Shown here: piece after piece, positions 31,703-37,945 of the stretch | Layout of the letters: every line of letters begins with the position of its first letter | Numbering within the stretch: the stretch's first letter is position 1 | NCBI GenBank assembly: GCA_964501175.1 | Contig: CAZCRV010000001.1 | Coordinates: 1-37,945, forward strand | Direction: 5' to 3' | Length of the DNA stretch: 37,945 bases | Origin: an uncultured Clostridium sp. | Lineage (GTDB): Bacteria; Bacillota; Clostridia; Oscillospirales; CAG-272 | Notes under the pieces: model-generated | Databases searched by the model: none | Told to the model about the DNA's origin: nothing | Seen by the model: the letters and a program-made list of their open reading frames with translations, nothing else | Program-made: the position numbers and the translations under genes

Positions 31703-33640
31703 ATGATTACGTACGAGCAATATTTAGATAAGGTATACGGCTGTTTTCTGGGCAAAACGGTCGCGGGAACCATGGGTGCGCCTTACGAGGGCATCAAAAT
31801 GCCTTTAGAGCTTGCGTTCAAGCCCGAGATGATCAACACCATGCTGCCAAACGACGACCTGGATCTGCAGGTTTTGTGGCTGGACGTGGTCAAGAGGTAC
31901 GGTGAGGACTTTTCCTCCTACGATCTGCAAAAATGTTTTTGCGAAAGCTGTGACTATTCACCCGGTGAGTACGCCATCATGCGTAAGAATTACGCCAAGG
32001 GTATTTATCCGCCCGAAAGCGGACGTTTTTGCAACGATTTTTACATAGACGGCATGGGCTGCCCCATCCGCAGCGAGATCTGGGCTTGCCTGTATCCCGC
32101 GCAGCCCGCAAAGGCGGCGGAGACCTCCACCATGGATGGGTGTCTGGATCACGATGGAGACTCGGTGTATGCCGAAAAGTTCTTCGCTGCCTTGGAATCG
32201 GCTGCGTTTTATGAAAGCGATCTTTACAAGCTGATCGATACAGCACTTTGCGAGATCCCGACGGATTGCAAGCTGCGCGAGTTGATCGGCGACACGCTTG
32301 CGTGGTGCGAGAGGTACGACGACGTCAAAACCGTGCTCAAATACATTCTGCACAAGTACGGGCATCCCGACTGCACCAATCTGTTTCAGAATATCGGCAT
32401 CACGCTGGCCGCGCTGCTTAAGGGCAATTTGGACCTGATCAAGACCTCCATGGACGCGCTTAACTGCGGCTTTGATACCGACTGCACCTGCGCGACTGCG
32501 GGAGCGGTGATCGGCGTCATCCGCGGGGCGGAGTCGCTGATCAAGGAATATGACCTTGGCGACGTCAAGTTCGTACTTGGCGTGCGCTCACCCGATCATA
32601 CCGACAGCGTGTACAACCTGTCGGTCGAGATTGCCGAGCTGGGCGCATATTTCGCACCTTACCTGTTCGAGGATGCACCCAAGCAGGAGCTTGCGTTTGA
32701 AAAACACGACCCGCTGGTCTTTGACGTGTCCTATCCCGAAGGGCCTTCCATTTCGTTCGGGCAGACAAAAACGGTTGTACTGTCAGTTTACAACACAACC
32801 GAGCAAGAGCTCAGCACCGCGCTTTGTGTGACAGGCTTCGGCACGATGACCTGTCACGGCATCCGCCTTTCGGAAGGACAGCGCATAGAACTGCCGCTTA
32901 CCTTCAGCGTTCCCTCCGACGCGCGAGAGCTGTACGAGAAGAATCTCGTGCACGTGTCCTACGCGCTTGACGGCAAGGAGTACGGCTACACCTTTGGCCT
33001 CTCGGGCGCGGCAGTGTGGAAGGTGACCGGTCCTATCTGGAAGACCGATCCCGAGTGCACCACCGAGGCGCTCAGTAAAGTTCCCAACTACTGGCATCTG
33101 TTCGCGGGCGTGCAGCACGACGGAGACGACAACGACGTGGTGCGCCGCTTCCACCTCAATTTTGCGCCCGATACCGACACCGAATACTTGACCGAGCAGG
33201 AGTTGTTTGCAGCACCCTGCGAGCTCGGCAAATATGTGGAGGACGTGTTCGCGCAAAAAGAGGATTCCTTTACGGTCAGTGATCTCTTTGGCTTCAAGGG
33301 ACCTTGCGTGGCGTATCTTTCTCGCGTGCTGCTTTGCCCCGAGGATATGGAGGTCTGCGTGCAGATCGGCCACAGCGCGCCCTTTGCCTTGTATATCAAC
33401 GGAGAATTGATTGCAGAGCGCAAGTGCTGCGACACCTGGACGGCCGAAAACGTGCACGTGCAGGGCGTCAAGCTGGGGGCGGGTGAGAACCATGTGGTGC
33501 TTCGCCTGACCCGCGTCAATGCAGACGCAAAGTATAACGTGATCTTCTCCAAGGGTCCGACCTGCGCCGAGCACCTTGTGTGCATGGGATCTGTGAATCC
33601 GAAGTATCATTTTCAGAGGAATTTTGAGAATATCTATTGA
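31703..33640 (+). CDS. ADP-ribosylglycohydrolase-family protein with a ~310-aa C-terminal beta-rich extension; no signal peptide
   Basis: The ATG is 1 nt after the CotH stop. ARH blocks: GCFLGKTVAGTMGAPYEG, NDDLDLQV, GFDTDCTCATAGAVIGVIRG. Confidence 0.7.
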   Translation: MITYEQYLDKVYGCFLGKTVAGTMGAPYEGIKMPLELAFKPEMINTMLPNDDLDLQVLWLDVVKRYGEDFSSYDLQKCFCESCDYSPGEYAIMRKNYAKGIYPPESGRFCNDFYIDGMGCPIRSEIWACLYPAQPAKAAETSTMDGCLDHDGDSVYAEKFFAALESAAFYESDLYKLIDTALCEIPTDCKLRELIGDTLAWCERYDDVKTVLKYILHKYGHPDCTNLFQNIGITLAALLKGNLDLIKTSMDALNCGFDTDCTCATAGAVIGVIRGAESLIKEYDLGDVKFVLGVRSPDHTDSVYNLSVEIAELGAYFAPYLFEDAPKQELAFEKHDPLVFDVSYPEGPSISFGQTKTVVLSVYNTTEQELSTALCVTGFGTMTCHGIRLSEGQRIELPLTFSVPSDARELYEKNLVHVSYALDGKEYGYTFGLSGAAVWKVTGPIWKTDPECTTEALSKVPNYWHLFAGVQHDGDDNDVVRRFHLNFAPDTDTEYLTEQELFAAPCELGKYVEDVFAQKEDSFTVSDLFGFKGPCVAYLSRVLLCPEDMEVCVQIGHSAPFALYINGELIAERKCCDTWTAENVHVQGVKLGAGENHVVLRLTRVNADAKYNVIFSKGPTCAEHLVCMGSVNPKYHFQRNFENIY

Positions 33641-33665
33641 AAAATTCGGAAAGCAATGATATAAT
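33637..33665 (+). promoter_or_regulatory. sigma-A promoter (extended -10) for the Ntn-hydrolase gene
   Basis: TTGAAA (33637-33642), 17-nt spacer ending in TGA, TATAAT (33660-33665). The -35 overlaps the stop codon of the previous gene. Confidence 0.6.
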
Positions 33666-33762
33666 GAACAAAACGATCAGAAAAAAACAGAGGCCGAAAC
33701 TATCAAGAATTGAAATTCAAGGCTCAAGATAGCTTTTGCCAAATGAAAGGATGTATGATATT

Positions 33763-34968
33763 ATGAAGAAGTACTTACTCATTCCATTGATGCTCGCGCT
33801 TCTTATGCCCTTTGCGGTTGTGGGCTGTACGCCGGATCCCAATACGCCCGGTGACACAGAGCAAACCACCGACGAGGCTGTTCCTTCGGCTCCCGAGACT
33901 ACCGAAGCTCCCGAGACTACCGAAGCACCCGAAACCACTCAAGCTCCCGAGACCACCGAAGCACCTGAGACCACGCAAGAACCCGAAACCACCGAAGCTG
34001 CCGAAGTTTACCCCGACGAGTACGAACCCATTACCTTCTCCAAAGAGGAGGGGCCTGTCCGTGTATTTAACGGTTATTATACGGCTGTTTATCGCGGAAG
34101 CTACGGCTTTGAAGAATTCCTTGCCGGGGGCGGTGCCTCCACCGAGGAGGAAATTTTTGCATACCTTGCAAATATGCTGAATAATCCCTCGGGACTCCGC
34201 TTCTCGATTGACGGATTGGGCTGCAGCACCATGCAGGCACAAGGTAAGGACGGATACTATTTTGGCCGTAACTTTGACTGGAAATTGTGCGACGTGCTCT
34301 TCCTTGCCAGCTATCCGGAACAGGGTTATGCCTCCATCTCCACCGTCAACACCGATTTTATCACCCAGAGCAACGGGTCTTTGACCGACGAGCAGTTGGT
34401 CTTGGCTGCCCACTATGCTCCGTTGGACGGCATGAATGAAAAGGGTCTTTGCGTGTCCATCAATCTGCTTCCGAATGGCATGAATCTGAAGCAGGAGACG
34501 GGCAAGACAAATCTGACCATCACCTCTGCTATCCGATTGATGCTCAATCAGGCCGCTACCGTAGAGGAGGCTGTAGAGCTTCTTGGGCAGTACGATTTGA
34601 GCACGGGCATGAATATGGTGATCCACTACATGATCGCGGATGCCCAGGGTAACAGCGTATGCGTGGAGTTTATCGATAACGTAATGCACGTAACCGAGAC
34701 CAAGGTAATGACCAACCACTACCTGACCCCCGGTGATTATTACGGAGTCGCCCGCAATCAATCCTCCTTGGACCGTTATGACACGTTGGCGGCTGCCTTG
34801 AAGGATACTCCGGTCATGACCTTTGCGGACGTCAGCTACGCTATGCAAAGCGCGATGTCCGACACCGTTTGGACCGTGATCTATGACCAGCACGATTTGA
34901 TTGCTTACAGCCATTATATCAACCGTTACGACACGCCTGTCGTAATCAAGCTTATGGAAGAAGAATAA
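33763..34968 (+). CDS. lipoprotein Ntn-hydrolase of the choloylglycine hydrolase / linear amide C-N hydrolase family with a long pro-region
   Basis: Start at MKKYLL (ATG 33763). Lipobox AVVGC. Nucleophile context GLGCSTMQAQGKDGYYFGRNFDW, with Cys154 at 34222-34224. Confidence 0.75.
   Translation: MKKYLLIPLMLALLMPFAVVGCTPDPNTPGDTEQTTDEAVPSAPETTEAPETTEAPETTQAPETTEAPETTQEPETTEAAEVYPDEYEPITFSKEEGPVRVFNGYYTAVYRGSYGFEEFLAGGGASTEEEIFAYLANMLNNPSGLRFSIDGLGCSTMQAQGKDGYYFGRNFDWKLCDVLFLASYPEQGYASISTVNTDFITQSNGSLTDEQLVLAAHYAPLDGMNEKGLCVSINLLPNGMNLKQETGKTNLTITSAIRLMLNQAATVEEAVELLGQYDLSTGMNMVIHYMIADAQGNSVCVEFIDNVMHVTETKVMTNHYLTPGDYYGVARNQSSLDRYDTLAAALKDTPVMTFADVSYAMQSAMSDTVWTVIYDQHDLIAYSHYINRYDTPVVIKLMEEE
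33889..33996 (+). repeat. six in-frame 18-bp tandem repeats encoding (A/E)PETT(E/Q)
   Basis: Units at 33889, 33907 (identical to the first), 33925, 33943, 33961 and 33979, plus a partial seventh unit. Confidence 0.9.
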
Positions 34969-35003
34969 TCTGCCGTCATTTGGCAAGAACAAGTAAAATC
35001 AGA

Positions 35004-35040
35004 GGCAGGGGCCAACGTTCGTTGGCCCCTGCCGTTATTT
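35004..35040. terminator. bidirectional intrinsic terminator between convergent genes
   Basis: GGCAGGGGCCAAC (35004-35016) pairs with GTTGGCCCCTGCC (35021-35033), loop GTTC. It is followed by GTTATTT on the plus strand and TCTGATTTT on the minus strand. Confidence 0.7.
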
Positions 35041-35062
35041 CTGTATAGGATCAGAGCTGTTT

Positions 35063-36760
35063 TTATCTGCGCTTTTTCAGTACGCCGCACAAGGCAGGGA
35101 TCATGACCAAGGCAAGCGCCGCGTCCGCGGCGGATTTGCATCCGACGGGGGAGGTTGCGATATCCTTATCACCCTCGGCAGGCTCGGTGGTCTGTGCCTC
35201 GGTGGTTTCGGGAAGCGGCTCACCCGTGGATACTTGCAGCGAGAACACGGTCATGTTGTGGTCGGAGGGGTGGGGAACGTTCTCAATGGGATCACCGCCC
35301 ACCTGCTTGTAGGAGTCCACCCAGATCTTGTCCTTGGAAATGATGCAATGGTCAATGGGCAGGCGGGTCTGAAAGTCGGCCGAGTACTCGCCCCATTTGT
35401 TGAACGTGCCGTGCAGATTGGTCTTATAGGTGCGAAGACGTGCGTCCGCAAGGTCGCCCGAGGTCAGAATATCGTAGGAGCCGTGGGTCTGATTGGCGTT
35501 CCAGTCGCCAAGCATGATGATGGGTCGGTCACCCGCAATCTCGTGTGAACGGTCGTAGATCAGCTGCGCGGAAAGCGCGCGGACCTCCTCACTCTTGGCA
35601 TCCAGGTGTGCGCCGAGGAACAGGAATTCCACGCCGCTTGCCTTGTCCTTGAGCACGGCGTAATTGATGCAGCGCGCCATGTCGCCCACAATGCCACCGT
35701 TCCACTTGTTGGAGTTCTTTTTGTCGGGGGTAGAGGAGCACCAGAAATGATTCTGCTCCAAAATCTCAAAGCGCTCGGTCTTCCACAGAATCAGCGAGGT
35801 CAGATCCCATTTTTGCTTGTTCTGCTTGCCGGCGAAATCCTTGCCCGCGCTGGAAAACCCGTAGGCGGTATATCCGTTCTGCTCGCAGAAGGCTTGGATA
35901 GGCTCTTGCCACGCAAAGTTGACCTCGCAGAACACGATCAGATCGGGATCCTCGGCCTTGACAAGCCCCAACGCCTCGTCACAGCGGTCGGCAATGAAGG
36001 GAATATCCTCGTAGTCGTCGGGGATTCCCGAGGCGCAGATGTTGTATTCCACGGCCTTGATCGGGATGGTCAGCGTGTTTGGTACAAGCTCGGGATTATT
36101 GGGGATCTGATTGTCGTAAACGCGGCCGGGATTTGGGATGGTCGTGCCCATGCAAGCACCGTCCACGCCGAACACCACGGCGCGGTTGGAGCGGTTGTAA
36201 AAGGCGGCGTCGTAGGAAAAGGAATTGACAAAGCCGCCGCAGTAAAGCTCCATGGCTGCGGATGCCGAGGTTTTATCAAGCTTGAAATCCTTATTGGAAA
36301 CGACAAAGAAGCGGTTCTTGTCCAAAAGATCGGAGATACCGTGCAGGGCGGTAAAGACGTCGTAAACCGCACCCGCCTGCTCGGCGGTGTTGTCAAGTCC
36401 CAGCGTTTCCCAATGCTTGGTGTAGTGCACGATGATGGCAACCTCTCCGGGCGCGAGCTCGGGGGTATCTCCCGCGCAGAACAGCTCGCCTGAGTCGGTT
36501 CGGGCGCTGTCCGAGCGGTAGCAGAGCGAAAGCTCGGAAAGGGATACGGTTCTGTTCGTGGGATTATAGATCTCGGTGTAGGGAAAAACGTCGGCGCTTT
36601 CCTCAATCGCGGCGTCTCCCTCTTTCCATTTGGGATTGAAGCAGATCTCGGAAACGGTCAATCCTTGCCCCTCGGGAGGCGGCGTTTCGGCAAAGATGCT
36701 CAAAGGGGAGAGCAGCATCAGGATGCAAAGCAATAAGGGCATGATCGTTAAGTGTTTCAT
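35063..36760 (-). CDS. secreted lamin-tail-domain + endonuclease/exonuclease/phosphatase (EEP) family protein with a C-terminal membrane anchor
   Basis: AGGAGA lies 7 nt before ATG 36760. It has a signal peptide. LTD pattern LTVSEICFNP...YTEIYNPTNRTVSLSELSL. EEP blocks IVFCEVN, LGDWN, PSDHNM. Tail AALALVMIPALCGVLKKRR. Confidence 0.7.
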   Translation of the reverse strand: MKHLTIMPLLLCILMLLSPLSIFAETPPPEGQGLTVSEICFNPKWKEGDAAIEESADVFPYTEIYNPTNRTVSLSELSLCYRSDSARTDSGELFCAGDTPELAPGEVAIIVHYTKHWETLGLDNTAEQAGAVYDVFTALHGISDLLDKNRFFVVSNKDFKLDKTSASAAMELYCGGFVNSFSYDAAFYNRSNRAVVFGVDGACMGTTIPNPGRVYDNQIPNNPELVPNTLTIPIKAVEYNICASGIPDDYEDIPFIADRCDEALGLVKAEDPDLIVFCEVNFAWQEPIQAFCEQNGYTAYGFSSAGKDFAGKQNKQKWDLTSLILWKTERFEILEQNHFWCSSTPDKKNSNKWNGGIVGDMARCINYAVLKDKASGVEFLFLGAHLDAKSEEVRALSAQLIYDRSHEIAGDRPIIMLGDWNANQTHGSYDILTSGDLADARLRTYKTNLHGTFNKWGEYSADFQTRLPIDHCIISKDKIWVDSYKQVGGDPIENVPHPSDHNMTVFSLQVSTGEPLPETTEAQTTEPAEGDKDIATSPVGCKSAADAALALVMIPALCGVLKKRR

Positions 36761-36804
36761 GATCAATTCTCCTGTCAGATGTAAGATAGCGAAGCTCTGC
36801 TTTT

Positions 36805-36833
36805 ATTATATCCGATTGCGACGGGATTGTCAA
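36805..36833 (-). promoter_or_regulatory. consensus sigma-A promoter for the LTD-EEP gene
   Basis: On the minus strand: TTGACA (36833-36828), 17-nt spacer, TATAAT (36810-36805). Confidence 0.65.
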
Positions 36834-36875
36834 TGCAGAAAAAAGCGGCATGGTGACAAAACGCGCAAAAACGTC

Positions 36876-36904
36876 TTGACAAATGCGCACGAATGCCGTA
36901 TAAT
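36876..36904 (+). promoter_or_regulatory. consensus sigma-A promoter for the MarR gene
   Basis: TTGACA (36876-36881), 17-nt spacer, TATAAT (36899-36904). Confidence 0.65.
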
Positions 36905-36943
36905 GAATAAAATAGTTCAAAAGGAAACTAAAGAGGAGACGCT

Positions 36944-37384
36944 ATGCATTATTCCGAGTGGCTGGGTAAGCTTTATACCATGGAGCAATATTTAGAGGAG
37001 TGCTTTGCGCCCGTTTGTAAGGAGTACAATATCAACTCGACCGAGCTGACCGTGCTTTTGTTTTTGCATAACAATCCCGAGAAAAACACCGCCACCGACA
37101 TTATTGCATACAGCCGACTGGCCAAGGCCAATATCTCCAAGGCGGTGGAGCATCTGATGCGCCGTGATCTGCTGGAGCGCGTGCGGGATGCACAGGACAG
37201 GCGCGTCATGCATCTTTGTCTGACAGAGACGGCCGAGCGCATCATGCCCGACCTGCACCGAGTCGCAGAGCAGTTTTTGCGCGGAATTTTTGCGGACTTC
37301 TCACCCTCGGAGCTGCGCGCATATGCGCAATACAGCGACCGCATTGCAACCAATGCGGAAAACAGACTCAAAAATAACCAATGA
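36944..37384 (+). CDS. MarR-family transcriptional regulator
   Basis: GAGGAG lies before the ATG. Winged-helix core LTVLLFLHNNPEKNTATDIIAYSRLAKANISKAVEHLMRRDLLERVRDAQDRRVMHLCLTE. Confidence 0.85.
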   Translation: MHYSEWLGKLYTMEQYLEECFAPVCKEYNINSTELTVLLFLHNNPEKNTATDIIAYSRLAKANISKAVEHLMRRDLLERVRDAQDRRVMHLCLTETAERIMPDLHRVAEQFLRGIFADFSPSELRAYAQYSDRIATNAENRLKNNQ

Positions 37385-37388
37385 ACTA

Positions 37389-37421
37389 AAAGCCCCGTCG
37401 TTGACAAACGACGGGGCTTTT
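37389..37421 (+). terminator. intrinsic terminator of the MarR gene
   Basis: AAAGCCCCGTCG (37389-37400) pairs with CGACGGGGCTTT (37409-37420), a 12-bp stem with an 8-nt loop and a T-run. Confidence 0.7.
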
Positions 37422-37429
37422 GATATAAT
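37401..37429 (+). promoter_or_regulatory. consensus extended -10 promoter for the GH38 gene, embedded in the MarR terminator
   Basis: TTGACA (37401-37406) lies in the terminator loop. It is followed by a 17-nt spacer ending in TGA and TATAAT (37424-37429). Confidence 0.65.
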
Positions 37430-37465
37430 GAAAAAGTAAAAATTCGGATCGCAAAGGAGAGAGTT

Positions 37466-37945
37466 ATGAAAGAACTGCATTTGATTTGTAACGCGCATCT
37501 TGACCCCGTCTGGCAATGGGATTGGAACGAGGGTGCATCCGCTGCGCTGGCAACCTTTTATTCGGCTGCCGAGCTGGCTGACGAATACGACTATATTTTC
37601 TGCCACAACGAGGCGCTCTTGTACGAGTGGATCGAGCGCTACGATCCCGCTCTGTTCTGTCGCATCAAGGAGCTTGTCGAGGCAGGCAAGTGGCACATTA
37701 TGGGTGGCTGGTATTGCCAGCCCGACTGCACCGTGCCGAGCGGCGAGGGCTTTGTGCGTCAGATCGAAACAGGTCTTACGTATTTCAAGGAAAAGTTTGG
37801 CGTGCGTCCGACAACGGCCGTCAACTTTGACTCGTTTGGTCACACGCAGGGCTTAGTACAGATTCTGAACAAGACCGGATATGACAGCTATATCTTCTGC
37901 CGTCCGCTGCCCATGATGATGGAGCTGCCGCACATGTTCTTTGAG
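37466..37945 (+). CDS. GH38 alpha-mannosidase, N-terminal part (the 3' end lies outside the window)
   Basis: AAAGGAGAG lies before ATG 37466, and the frame is open to the window end (not in the ORF track because no stop is reached). My own translation gives MKELHLICNAHLDPVWQWDW..., GGWYCQPD and NFDSFGHTQG, which are the GH38 catalytic-domain blocks. Confidence 0.8.
   Translation, partial: MKELHLICNAHLDPVWQWDWNEGASAALATFYSAAELADEYDYIFCHNEALLYEWIERYDPALFCRIKELVEAGKWHIMGGWYCQPDCTVPSGEGFVRQIETGLTYFKEKFGVRPTTAVNFDSFGHTQGLVQILNKTGYDSYIFCRPLPMMMELPHMFFE

Noticed and set aside
33889-33996. Regular 18-bp repeats, checked as a possible CRISPR or other array
   Set aside because: The units are contiguous with no spacers, in frame within a CDS, and encode a Pro/Glu/Thr linker. 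This is not a CRISPR array.
33775-34992. 405-aa minus-strand ORF
   Set aside because: It is antisense to the Ntn-hydrolase gene and has no motifs. The sense frame has the nucleophile Cys and GRNFDW signature.

Overview
This is a 37.9-kb chromosomal segment that looks like a moderately GC-rich Firmicutes/Clostridia genome. Hand-counted lines are about 57% GC. GGAGG-type ribosome-binding sites sit 5-10 nt before starts, many promoters fit TTGACA-17-TATAAT, terminators are hairpin plus T-run, and several proteins have lipoprotein boxes. I support 35 protein-coding genes, two of them cut by the window edges. I see no rRNA, tRNA, CRISPR array, integrase or transposase.

Left to right the window contains:
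- a GH28-like fragment and an alpha/beta hydrolase
- a 245-bp inverted-repeat element
- a DUF1538 membrane protein with a fused tandem P-II-like protein
- a four-gene overlapping operon (split ThrE-type exporter, HAD phosphatase, PHP-like hydrolase)
- an ECF-type sigma factor with a membrane partner
- a 714-aa XRE-HTH/helical/GNAT/Cys-rich fusion protein, then a long RNA-type hairpin and three small lower-GC ORFs
- a NagD-like phosphatase, a D-amino-acid aminotransferase, a second XRE regulator, an SGNH hydrolase and a YwaF-like membrane protein
- a long minus-strand block, described below
- a low-GC islet (lipoprotein plus snapalysin-like metzincin)
- a CotH lipoprotein translationally coupled to a 645-aa ADP-ribosylglycohydrolase-like protein
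- a lipoprotein Ntn (choloylglycine-type) hydrolase with an 18-bp tandem repeat
- an LTD-EEP surface enzyme, a MarR regulator and the start of a GH38 alpha-mannosidase

The least explained, most system-like block is the minus-strand operon running from 27025 to 18596. One consensus promoter drives a glycosidase-like TIM barrel, a surface metallophosphoesterase, a B12-binding corrinoid protein, three UroD/MtaA-family paralogs and a [2Fe-2S]-ASKHA reductive activase. A DUF2284 gene follows, bracketed by palindromic repeats.

All family names come from motif recognition by eye. No database search, HMM scan or folding calculation was possible.
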